From Eledone cirrhosa (Eukaryota): 64,000 bases of DNA. A program made the translations under genes and the position numbers. How positions within the stretch are numbered: position 1 is the first letter of the stretch; each line of letters opens with the position of its first letter. Location of the stretch: the NCBI GenBank assembly GCA_964016885.1, contig OZ024764.1, positions 372,001 through 436,000 on the forward strand, in the 5' to 3' direction. Below are positions 13,533 through 24,600 of this stretch, piece after piece. The notes under the pieces are model-generated. The model was not told where the DNA came from. It searched no databases and saw only the letters and a list, made by a program, of their open reading frames with translations.

Positions 13533-13720
13533 TTAATAGAGAAAGGCTTCTACAGGACTAGAACTGTTTCATTCGGGGGAAATCAAGAAGCCTGATGATT
13601 TCTCTCGAATGAAACAGTTCTAGTCCTGTAGAAGCCTTTCTATATTAAATATTTATACTCTGTTTTGTATTGAGTACTTTACTTACTGTGGTTACCCCCG
13701 ATTGAACCCGGGATAAACTT
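13533..13720. mobile_element. (TA)n-flanked fold-back element, family E, with hammerhead core at 13592-13636 (+)
   Basis: CTGATGA-TTTCTCTCGAAT-GAAA-CAG..CTG-TA-GAAGCC, preceded by an inverted copy of the same sequence. Confidence 0.8.
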
Positions 13721-13782
13721 ATATATATATATATTGAAAGATACCAAGGACGATTGGTTACTCCTTCATTACATTTATTGGT

Positions 13783-13870
13783 AGGTGACACGTGTTTCAC
13801 CACTGATCAGCTCAAGGTTCGATCTGTATTGATCTTACCCGACTCAATAATCGGCAGTTCGATGGACCCT
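13783..13870 (-). ncRNA. Degenerate hammerhead motif, family C
   Basis: GAAA-CACGTG-TC-ACCT pairs with upstream GGGT. The CTGANGA box has decayed to CCATCGA. The stem II insert resembles the 10385 and 18271 copies. Confidence 0.5.
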
Positions 13871-13936
13871 TTAAAATGGTATAAGAACCCAAGTTGCACT
13901 CCAAGTTACACTCCCTAGATATATATATATATATAT

Positions 13937-14131
13937 AAGACGTGGTAGAGGTAGACCACGAAAAACATGGGCAGAGGTGGTGAGAACAGACCTCAGATCA
14001 TTGAAGCTCACGGTGGAGATGACGAGGGACCGTGACGAGTGGAGAGATGCTGTGCTGAATAAGACCCGTCCCACCCTTGCAAGCAGGGAAAAGCGGACAT
14101 AAAATGATGATGATGATGATGATGATGATGA
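13937..14131 (+). mobile_element. 5'-truncated RTE-clade LINE 3' end with (GAT)n tail
   Basis: Translates RGRGRPRKTWAEVVRTDLRSLKLTVEMTRDRDEWRDAV, the typical RTE ORF C-terminus. Its last ~45 nt match the SINE tail. Confidence 0.88.
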
Positions 14132-14133
14132 TA

Positions 14134-15903
14134 TCATCATTTCATCATCATCATTTCATTTTACGTCCGCTTTTCCCTGCTTGCAAGGGTGGGACGGGAA
14201 CTGATTCTGGCTTGATTTCTACAGCTGGATGCCCTTCCTAACACCAACCTCATTTACAGTGAGTGCTGGGTGCTTTTTTGCCGTGGCACCTACACGACCA
14301 CTTTACAGTGAGGGCTGGGTGCTTTTTTGCCGTGGCACCTACACGTCCACTTTACAGTGTGGGCTGGGTGCTTTTTTGCCGTGGCACCTACACGTCCACT
14401 TTACAGTGTGGGCTGGGTGCTTTTTTGCTGTGGCACCTCCACGACCACTTTACAGTGTGGGCTGGGTGCTTTTTTGCCGTGGCACCTACACGTCCACTTT
14501 ACAGTGTGGGCTGGGTGCTTTTTTGCCGTGGCACCTACACGACCACTTTACAGTGTGGGCTGGGTGCTTTTTTGCTGTGGCACCTACACGTCCACTTTAC
14601 AGTGTGGGCTGGGTGCTTTTTTGCCGTGGCACCTACACGTCCACTTTACAGTGTGGGCTGGGTGCTTTTTTGCCGTGGCACCTACACGTCCACTTTACAG
14701 TGTGGGCTGGGTGCTTTTTTGCTGTGGCACCTACACATCCACTTTACAGTGTGGGCTGGGTGCTTTTTTGCCGTGGCACCTCCACGACCACTTTACAGTG
14801 TGGGCTGGGTGCTTTCTTGCTGTGGCACCTCCACGACCACTTTACAGTGTGGGCTGGGTGCTTTTTTTCCGTGGCACCTCCACGACCACTTTACAGTGTG
14901 GGCCGGGTGCTTTTTTGCCGTGGCACCTCCACGACCACTTTACAGTGTGGGCTGGGTGCTTTTTTGCCGTGGCACCTCCACGACCACTTTACAGTGTGGG
15001 CTGGGTGCTTTTTTGCCGTGGCACCTCCACGACCACTTTACAGTGAGGGCTGGGTGCTTTTTTGCTGTTGCACCTCCACGACCACTTTGCAGTGAGTGCT
15101 GGGTGCTCTTTTGCTGTGGCACCTCCACGACCACTTTGCAGTGAGTGCTGGGTGCTCTTTTGCTGTGGCACCTCCACGACCACTTTGCAGTGAGTGCTGG
15201 GTGCTTTTTTGCCGTGGCACCTCCACGACCACTTTACAGTGAGGGCTGGGTGCTTTTTTGCCGTGGCACCTACACGTCCACTTTACAGTGAGTGCTGGGT
15301 GCTTTTTTGCTGTGGCACCTCCACGACCACTTTGCAGTGAGTGCTGGGTGCTCTTTTGCTGTGGCACCTCCACGACCACTTTGCAGTGAGTGCTGGGTGC
15401 TTTTTTGCTGTGGCACCTTCACGACCACTTTGCAGTGAGTGCTGGGTGCTCTTTTGCTGTGGCACCTCCACGACCACTTTGCAGTGAGTGCTGGGTGCTT
15501 TTTTGCTGTGGCACCTTCACGACCACTTTGCAGTGAGTGCTGAGTGCTCTTTTGCTGTGGCACCTCCACGACCACTTTGCAGTGAGTGCTGGGTGCTTTT
15601 TTGCTGTGGCACCTTCACGACCACTTTGCAGTGAGTGCTGGGTGCTCTTTTGCTGTGGCACCTCCACGACCACTTTGCAGTGAGTGCTGGGTGCTTTTTT
15701 GCTGTGGCACCTACACGTCCACTTTGCAGTGGAATGATAGGGACCCCAGTCCTATCATCTCATTTCTACAGCTGAGTAAACTGGAGCAATGTGAAACATA
15801 AAGTGTCTTGTTGAAGGACATGATGCATCACCCGGTGTAAGAATTGAACTCACAACCTCCCAATTTCAAGGCCAATGCTCTAACCACTAAGCCATGTGCC
15901 TCC
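14134..15903 (-). mobile_element. SINE copy (same family as 1885-2235) inflated by an internal 49-bp array
   Basis: SINE tail 14134-14250 and head 15730-15903 are intact around the array. Confidence 0.9.
14252..15730. repeat. 49-bp minisatellite, ~30 units
   Basis: Unit GCTGGGTGCTTTTTTGCCGTGGCACCT(A/C)CACG(A/T)CCACTTTACAGTGTGG. The right half is the variant TTTGCAGTGAGTGCT. Confidence 0.95.
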
Positions 15904-15919
15904 ATATATGTATATATGT

Positions 15920-16081
15920 AAAAGGTAAACAGAAATAACAACACAATCGGTACAGTATATGGAAGGGATATATTAGGTTAACGCTTGATATAGCAGGAAG
16001 AGGGTCTTAACGTTTTGGACGCTAGTCCTTCATCAGAAGAAAGAATGAGAAATAAGATAGATTGAAGGGACAGGTGGGGTG
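15920..16081 (-). mobile_element. pLTR-like repeat, family F copy 1, with minimal hammerhead-like motif at 16005-16040
   Basis: TCTT-CTGATGA-A-GGAC-TAGC-GTCC-AAAA-CG-TT-AAGA (GAAA box mutated to AAAA). Direct repeat of 17864-18025. Confidence 0.65.
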
Positions 16082-16129
16082 ATATAAGCAGGGGAAAATG
16101 GACATAAAATGATGATGAGGATGATATAT

Positions 16130-17802
16130 TAGCTGTAGAAGCTAAACTCGCTATCTTCAATTTGGTTTACGTACCAGCCCTTACCTATAATCATGACTCT
16201 TGGGGTATGACCGAAAGAATATGATCGTGAATATAAGCAGTCAAAATGGAATTACTTGGAAGGGTCTTTGGAAGGATATCTGAATTGAGAGATCACAGCT
16301 CTGATACTACAGACATGTGGTTAGGATGTCTGAGGAAAGAATCTCTGAATTGAGAGACCACAGCTCTGATACTATAGACATGGGGTTAGAATGTCTCAGG
16401 ACAGAATCTATGAATTGAGAGATCACAGCTCTGATACTACAGACATGTGGTTAGAATGTCTCAGGAAAGAATCTCTGAATTGAGAGACCACAGCTCTGAT
16501 ACTACAGACATGTGGTTAGAATGTCTCAGGAAAGAATCTCTGAACTGAGAGATCACAGCTCTGATACTACAGACATGTGGTTAGAATGTCTGAGGAAAGA
16601 ATCTGTGAACTGAGAGATCACAGCTCTGATACTACAGACATGTTGTTAGAATGTCTCAGGAAAGAATCTCTGAATTGAGAGATCACAGCTCTGATACTAC
16701 AGACATGTGGTTAGAATGTCTGAGGAAAGAATCTCTGAATTGAGAGATCACAGCTCTGAAACTTCAGACATGTGGTTAGAATCTCTCAGGTAAAAATCTC
16801 CGAATTGGGAGATCACAGCTCTGATACTACAGACATGTGGTTAGAATGTCTGAGGAAAGAATCTCTGAATTAGGAGATCAAAGCTCTGATACTACAGACA
16901 TGTGGTTAGAATGTCTGAGGAAAGAATCTCTGTATTGAGAGATCACAGCTCTGATACTACAGACATGTGGTTAGAATGTCCCAGGTCAGAATCTCTGTAT
17001 TGAGAGACCACAGCTCTGATACTACAGACATGTGGTTAGAATGTCTGAGGAAAGAATCTCTGAATTGAGAGATCACAGCTCTGATACTACAGACATGTGG
17101 TTAGAATGTCTAAGCAAAGAATCTCTGAATTGAGAGATCACAGCTCTGATACTACAGACATGTGGTTAGAATGTCTCAGGTCAGAATCTCTGTATTGAGA
17201 GACCACAGCTCTGATACTACAGACATGTGGTTAGAATGTCTCAGGAAAGAATCTCTGAACTGAGAGATCACAGCTCTGATACTACAGACATGTGGTTAGA
17301 ATGTCTGAGGAAAGAATCTCTGAACTGAGAGATCACAGCTCTGATACTACAGACATGGGGTTAGAATGTCTCAGGTAAGAATCTCTGAATTGAGAGATCA
17401 CAGCTCTGATACTACAGACATGTGGTTAGAATGTCTGAGGAAAGAATCTCTGAACTGAGAGATCACAGCTCTGATACTACAGACATGTGGTTAGAATGTC
17501 TCAGGAAAGAATCTCTGAACTGAGAGATCACAGCTCTGATACTACAGACATGTGGTTAGAATGTCTCAGGAAAGAATTGCTGGTCAGATTTTGTGATCAA
17601 ATCTAACTGGCAAGAGTGCCAGGGGTAGACCCCAAGCAAGATGGTTGGACAACATCCATGAGCTTGGCTGGTCTCTTTTGGGGATCCAGCCGGAACAATT
17701 GAAGACGTTTGCTTCTGACAGGACCCACTGGAGGGAGTCTTTGAGGACCCTCAGGTAAAAATGTGTTTGAGGACCCTCTCAGGAATAAGTGGGCAAAGAA
17801 GA
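16130..17802 (+). mobile_element. Decayed RTE-clade (Expander/Rex3-like) LINE 3' portion containing 65-bp array 1
   Basis: Upstream flank AKLAIFNLVYVPALTYNHDSWGMTERI..EL.GRVFG; downstream flank ERIAGQIL..TGKSARGRPQARWLDNIHELGW..ASDRTHWR. Confidence 0.88.
16284..17577 (+). repeat. 65-bp satellite array 1, ~20 units
   Basis: Same unit as the 21-kb array. Confidence 0.95.
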
Positions 17803-17828
17803 TTATATATATATATATATATATATAC

Positions 17829-17863
<35 letters not shown>

Positions 17864-17867
<4 letters not shown>

Positions 17868-18025
17868 AAGTAAATAGAAATAACACAATCAGTACAGTAT
17901 ATGGAAGGAATATATTAGGTTAACGCTTGATATAGCAAGAAGAGGGTCTTAACATTTTGGATGCTAGTCCTTCATCAGAAGAAAGAATGAGAAATAAGAT
18001 AGAATTAAGGGACGGGTGGGGTGGA
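17864..18025 (-). mobile_element. pLTR-like repeat, family F copy 2, hammerhead-like motif at 17947-17982
   Basis: Direct repeat of 15920-16081 carrying the same AAAA change. Confidence 0.65.
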
Positions 18026-18124
18026 ATTGGAAAAAATGTCTTTAGATAAAAATAACAGGTCCATTCATATTGACATCTCTTGGAAAACTATATATATATA
18101 ATGATAATTATAATAACAATAATA

Positions 18125-18213
18125 ATTGTTTCTACTTTAGGCACAAGGCCAGCAATAACCCAGTGTATTACTGGTACTTTATTTTATCGACCCCGTAAGG
18201 ATGAAAGGCAAAA
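18125..18213 (-). mobile_element. Fragment of a second SINE family (GCCTTTCATCCTTACGGGGTCGATAAAATAAAGTACCAG domain)
   Basis: Same sequence at 19455-19580 (+), 42968-43145 (-) and 43218-43334 (-). B-box GAGTTCAAATCC is present in the longer copies. Confidence 0.8.
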
Positions 18214-18270
18214 CTAATAACAATAATAATGATTAAGGAACAAAGAATCAGTATTGAATCATACACATTA

Positions 18271-18363
18271 CACATTACATATGTTTCACTGCTGGTCAGC
18301 TCTAGGAACAATCGATTTATTATGTTCTTTCCTGACTCTGGAATCAGAAGTTCCTCAGATATG
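18271..18363 (-). ncRNA. Type I hammerhead ribozyme with long inserted stem II (family C)
   Basis: CATAT-CTGAGGA-ACTTCTG..CAGCAGT-GAAA-CATATG-TA-ATGTG. Confidence 0.75.
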
Positions 18364-18492
18364 TGTTCTCAGATGTAGACTCAAGTCTAAACGTTACTGA
18401 AGTGTTAGACACCCCGATTTGTTATTTTGGGCTGCCACAGACTTTGTTTAGAAGAAATGTGTATTCATCAATTTTATCACACACACATATAT

Positions 18493-18790
18493 CATCATCA
18501 TCATCATCGTTTAACGTCCATCCTCCACGCTAGCATGGGTTTGGACGGGAATTTTCCCACTCGAGGTAAGAGTGGTTTTCTTGCTCGTATAGGACTGTCT
18601 GGCGGGTTTTCTACGGCTGGATGCCCTTCCTAACACCAACCACATTTACAGTGTGGACTGGGAGGTTTTTACCGTGTTACCTACATGGCCACATTACAGC
18701 ATGGACTGTCTGGCGTGTTTTTTTGTCGTGACACCTACACGACCTCATTTATTTCAGACTGGATGTTGTGGTACCAACATAACTTCACAT
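18493..18790 (-). mobile_element. Diverged SINE 3' part with (GAT)n tail and 2 diverged 48-bp-type units
   Basis: (CAT)n, GGATGCCCTTCCTAACACCAACC, and TTTACAGTGTGGACTGGG motifs. Confidence 0.7.
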
Positions 18791-18874
18791 TTAAGGGGGT
18801 GGTGTGGATGGGGTGGGGGTAGTGCGACGGGGGTGTATTTTGGTTAAGAGGTGCCTACTGACTGTAGGTTTTGT

Positions 18875-19085
18875 TTTGCACTTAGGCAAGGCTGGTCTTC
18901 TGTATTACTGTGTAGCACCAAAGATCTCGGTCCAGTGACATTGTCTTGGAGAGGTGTAAGTGTTTGAGGTCGGAATTTATCAAGTCGTCCCAGGTTTTTC
19001 TGGGTCTTCCTACTCCGTGGCTTCCGTCTATTTTGCTCGCCCTGCACTTTTTTATACAGCCATCATCTTTCATGCGCATCACGTG
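18875..19085 (-). mobile_element. RTE-clade LINE 3' fragment
   Basis: HVMRMKDDGCIKKC..GSHGVGRPRKTWDDLINSDL..DRDLW. Confidence 0.85.
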
Positions 19086-19454
19086 ATATATTTATATATA
19101 TATATATATCATAAATCATGTCCTTAGAATTATTAGATAAAATATATACCATTTAAAATATATACCATTTAAAATATATACCATTATTAGATAAAATATA
19201 TACCATATATATATATATATATGACCCCGACAGCAGAGCTATTTCTGGACGCTATTCGTTACTGGTACTCTATTTTATCGACCCCTTATAACATTCGATT
19301 CGTTTCGTTTGCAATTGGCATGTTTACATGCCAACACAAGAGCAAGAATGAAGAGTTCATCCTACTGACATGGCTATAAAAATGAGGCTTGTTTGCATAA
19401 TTGCAAACAAATCAAATGTTATTATTCATGCTTTCCAGCATAGATACATCTCTT

Positions 19455-19580
19455 TACAGTCTGAGTTCAAATCCCGCCGAGGTAAACTTTGCCTTTCATC
19501 CTTACGGGGTCGATAAAATAAAGTACCAGTAATGTACTAGGTATTTGCTGGCCTTGTGCCAAAAAGTAGAAACAATTATT
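19455..19580 (+). mobile_element. SINE, second family
   Basis: B-box TGAGTTCAAATCCCGCCGAGG followed by the conserved domain. Confidence 0.8.
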
Positions 19581-19606
19581 AATATTCGAAAAACTCAGAT
19601 TACATT

Positions 19607-19675
<69 letters not shown>

Positions 19676-19861
19676 TATATATATAAAAAAATGTTAAGCT
19701 TATTGAATCCCAACAAATTAAATATAACCTCTGCATATATATATATATATATGTAGGAGGTGAGTTTTATTGTAGTACAATAAAGCAATGCAAATATCGG
19801 ATATGTTGATTTAAAACTGCACTATTCACAAGTGTTTTTTAACCTTCATATCATGTCTCCC

Positions 19862-19932
19862 TATTTTATCTGACGAAAACACAAATGTCATCTCATGATG
19901 ATATTTGTTTTTGAAATGCGCATAATAAAATA
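19862..19932 (+). ncRNA. Type I hammerhead ribozyme (family A) in (TA)n-flanked element 19752-19965
   Basis: TATTTTAT-CTGACGA-[hairpin]-GAAA-TGCGCA-TA-ATAAAATA. Confidence 0.85.
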
Positions 19933-19969
19933 CTTGTAACTCTTTTAACCATCTTTTGATCTTATATAT

Positions 19970-20029
<60 letters not shown>

Positions 20030-20079
20030 CTATCTGGTGAGTGATATCAGGCGTTTCTGTTCGTTGTTTGTGACTAACT

Positions 20080-20250
20080 GAGGCTTCTACAGGACTAGAA
20101 CTGTTTCATTCAAAAGAAATCACCAGGACGATTTCTTTTGAATGAAACAGTTCTAGTCCTGTAGAAGCCATTTCTATATTAAAAATGATATTTACACTCT
20201 ACTAATGTATTGAGTACCTTACTAACTGTGGTTACCCCTGATTAAACCTG
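20080..20250. mobile_element. Fold-back element, family E
   Basis: Inverted arms GGCTTCTACAGGACTAGAACTGTTTCATTCAAAAGAAATC / GATTTCTTTTGAATGAAACAGTTCTAGTCCTGTAGAAGCC. Confidence 0.8.
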
Positions 20251-20387
20251 AGACACAGATACGGTGCAATAAATTTTTATTAGTCGTATAATAATGTGTA
20301 TATATATCTCTAGAAACATACATACGCATGTGTTGTTGCTTGTATATATATGTATGTATGAATGTCGTATGCATAAATAAACAGATG

Positions 20388-20420
<33 letters not shown>

Positions 20421-20479
20421 TATATATATATATGTATACATAAACACACTCATATATATATATATCTATATAGATATAG

Positions 20480-20579
<100 letters not shown>

Positions 20580-20624
20580 GCTCTATTTTATGTATAAATA
20601 TATATCGATATATATATGTGTGTG

Positions 20625-20688
<64 letters not shown>

Positions 20689-20749
20689 CACACATATATA
20701 TATCGATATATATTTATACATAATATAGAGCAGACAGACAAGTACAGTA

Positions 20750-20850
20750 AATAGTTCGCCGAATCACAAATCTAGATAAGATGGCGGAAGTTCATAGTCG
20801 AACAAAATAGTTCTCTATTTTCACGAAACCGGAAATGACTTCAGATTCAC
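20750..20850. promoter_or_regulatory. Candidate promoter-like island (YY1 and two ETS motifs)
   Basis: AAGATGGCGG (20778), overlapping CGGAAGT, and ACCGGAAAT (20828) in a short CpG-containing non-repetitive stretch. Confidence 0.3.
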
Positions 20851-21404
20851 TTCTGCATCAATTACACTCTCTCTCTGTCTGTTTGTCTGTCTCTCTTTCT
20901 TTCTGTCAGATTCTCTCACTCTCTCTCTCTCTTTGTTTCTGTCAGATTCTCTCACTCTCTCTCTCTTTCTGTCTGTCAGATTCTCTCACTCTCTCTCTCT
21001 TTCTGTCTGTCAGATTCTCTCACTCTCTCTCTCTTTCTGTCTGTCAGCTTCTCTCACTCTCTCTCTCTCTTCCTCACTCGCTGTTTATTTACCTATCTCT
21101 GTCGGTCTGCCCCTCTCTCTCTCCCTCACTCGCTGTCTATCTCTCTACCTCTCCCCCTCCTCTCTATAGTTGTTGCAGCATCGTTCTCTCCTTCTCTATT
21201 TTCTCCCCCTCTCTTGGTAGCTGTTGCATTATTTTTCTCCCTCCCTCTCTCAGCATCTGTTGCTCTACCTCTCTTTCTCATTCTCTCTCCCTTTCTCCTC
21301 TCCCTCTTTCTCATTCTCTCTCTCTCTCTTCCTCACTTGCTGTCTATCTCTCTACCTCTCCTTTTTCTCATCTTTTCTCTCTTTCCCACTCCCTCTCTCA
21401 CTTT

Positions 21405-21612
21405 TCTTCTTTTTCTTCTCCTACTTATTCCTGAGAGGGTCGTGGGGGTAGACTCCCCAAACACTCCTTCCAGTACGTCCTGTCAGAAGCAACCATCCCC
21501 AATTGATCTGGCTGGATCCCCAAAAGAGACCAGCCAAGCTCATGGATGTTATCCAACCATCTTGCACAGAATCTACCCCTGGGTCTCCTGTTTTGCTGTA
21601 AAATCTGTCTAG
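21405..21612 (-). mobile_element. RTE LINE 3' end (same family as the satellite hosts), inverted relative to the adjacent copy
   Basis: Reverse complement matches the downstream flanks at 17580-17800 and 42705-42920 (CAAGATGGTTGGATAACATCCATGAGCTTGGCTGGTCTC). Confidence 0.85.
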
Positions 21613-24600
21613 AAATGGGGGTTCCTTCAACAGGTCTTTGGAGTAACGTTACATGGTAGAGTGCATAGCTTAGAGATCACAGGGTCACACCAGGTAGAGC
21701 CATTCTCCGAATTGAGAGACCACAGCTCTGATACTACAGACATGTGGTTAGAATGTCTCAGGAAAGAATCTCTGAATTGAGAGACCACAGCTCTGATACT
21801 ACAGACATGTGGTTAGAATATCTCAGGAAAGAATCTCTGAATTGAGAGATCACAGCTGTGATACTACAGACATGTGGTTAGAATGTCTGAGGAAAGAATC
21901 TCTAAATTGAGAGACCACAGCTCTGATACTACAGATATGTGGTTAGAATGTCTCAGGAAAGAATCTCTGAATTGAGAGATCACAGCTCTGATACTACAGA
22001 CATGTGGTTAGAATGTCTGAGGAAAGAATCTCTGGATTGAGAGATCACAGCTCTGATACTACAGACATGTGGTTAGAATGTCTCAGGAAAGAACCTCTGA
22101 ATTGAGAGATCACAGCTCGGATACTACAGACATGTGGTTAGAATGTCTCAGGAAAGAATCTCTGGATTGAGAGATCACAGCTCTGATACTACAGACATGT
22201 GGTTAGAATGTCTCAGGAAAGAATCTCTGAATTGAGAGATCACAGCTCTGATACTACAGACATGTGGTTAGAATGTCTGAGGAAAGAATCTCTGAATTGA
22301 GAGACCACAGCTCTGATACTACAGACATGTGGTTAGAATGTCTCAGGAAAGAACCTCTGTATTGAGAGATCACAGCTCTGATACTACAGACATGTGGTTA
22401 GAATGTCTGAGGAAAGAATCTCTGAATTGAGAGACCACAGCTCTGATACTACAGACATGTGGTTAGAATGTCTCAGGAAAGAACCTCTGAATTGAGAGAT
22501 CACAGCTCTGATACTACAGACATGCGGTAAGAATGTCTGAGGAAAGAATCTCTGGATTGAGAGATCACAGCTCTGATACTACAGACATGTGGTTAGAATG
22601 TCTGAGGAAAGAATCTCTGGATTGAGAGATCACAGCTCTGATACTACAGACATGTGGTTAGAATGTCTGAGGAAAGAATCTCTGGATTGAGAGATCACAG
22701 CTCTGATACTACAGACATGTGGTTAGAATGTCTGAGGAAAGAATCTCTGAATTTAGAGATCACAGCTCTGATACTACAGACATGTGGTTAGAATGTCTGA
22801 GGAAAGAATCTCTGAATTTAGAGATCACAGCTCTGATACTACAGACACGTGGTTAGAATATCTCAGGAAAGAATCTCTAAATTGAGAGATCACAGCTCTG
22901 ATACTACAGACATGCGGTTAGAATGTCTAAGGAAAGAATCTCTGAATTGAGAGATCACAGCTGTGATACTACAGACATGTGGTTAGAATGTCTGAGGAAA
23001 GAATCTCCTAACTGAGAGATCACAGCTCTGATACTACAGACATGTGGTTAGAATGTCTGAGGAAAGAATCTCTAAATTGAGAGATCACAGCTCTGATACT
23101 ACAGACATGTGGTTAGAATGTCTGAGGAAAGAATCTCTGAATTGAGAGATCACAGCTCTGATACTACAGACATGGGGTTAGAATGTCTCAGGAAAGAATC
23201 TCTGAATTTAGAGATCACAGCTCTGATACTACAGACATGTGGTTAGAATGTCTGAGGAAAGAATCTCTGAATTGAGAGATCACAGCTGTGATACTACAGA
23301 CATGTGGTTAGAATGTCTGAGGAAAGAATCTCCTAACTGAGAGATCACAGCTCTGATACTACAGACATGTGGTTAGAATGTCTGAGGAAAGAATCTCTAA
23401 ATTGAGAGATCACAGCTCTGATACTACAGACATGTGGTTAGAATGTCTGAGGAAAGAATCTCTGAATTGAGAGATCACAGCTCTGATACTACAGGCATGG
23501 GGTTAGAATGTCTCAGGAAAGAATCTCTAAATTGAGAGATCACAGCTCTGATACTACAGACATGTGGTTAGAATGTCTGAGGAAAGAATCTCTGAATTGA
23601 GAGATCACAGCTCTGATACTACAGACATGGGGTTAGAATGTCTCAGGAAAGAATCTCTGAATTTAGAGATCACAGCTCTGATACTACAGACATGTGGTTA
23701 GAATGTCTGAGGAAAGAATCTCTGAATTTAGAGATCACAGCTCTGATACTACAGCCATGTGGTTAGAATGTCTCAGGAAAGAATCTCTAAATTGAGAGAT
23801 CACAGCTCTGATACTACAGACATGCGGTTAGAATGTCTGAGGAAAGAATCTCTGAATTGAGAGATCACAGCTGTGATACTACAGACATGTGGTTAGAATG
23901 TCTGAGGAAAGAATCTCCTAACTGAGAGATCACAGCTCTGATACTACAGACATGTGGTTAGAATGTCTGAGGAAAGAATCTCTGGATTGAGAGATCACAG
24001 CTCTGATACTACAGACATGTGGTTAGAATGTCTGAGGAAAGAATCTCTGAATTGAGAGATCACAGCTCTGATACTACAGACATGGGGTTAGAATGTCTCA
24101 GGAAAGAATCTCTGAATTTAGAGATCACAGCTCTGATACTACAGACATGTGGTTAGAATGTCTGAGGAAAGAATCTCTGGATTGAGAGATCACAGCTCTG
24201 ATACTACAGACATGTGGTTAGAATGTCTGAGGAAAGAATCTCTGGATTGAGAGATCACAGCTCTGATACTACAGACATGTGGTTAGAATGTCTGAGGAAA
24301 GAATCTCTGGATTGAGAGATCACAGCTCTGATACTACAGACATGTGGTTAGAATGTCTGAGGAAAGAATCTCTGAATTTAGAGATCACAGCTCTGATACT
24401 ACAGACATGTGGTTAGAATGTCTGAGGAAAGAATCTCTGAATTTAGAGATCACAGCTCTGATACTACAGACATGTGGTTAGAATGTCTCAGGAAAGAATC
24501 TCTAAATTGAGAGATCACAGCTCTGATACTACAGACATGCGGTTAGAATGTCTGAGGAAAGAATCTCTGAATTGAGAGATCACAGCTGTAATACTACAGA

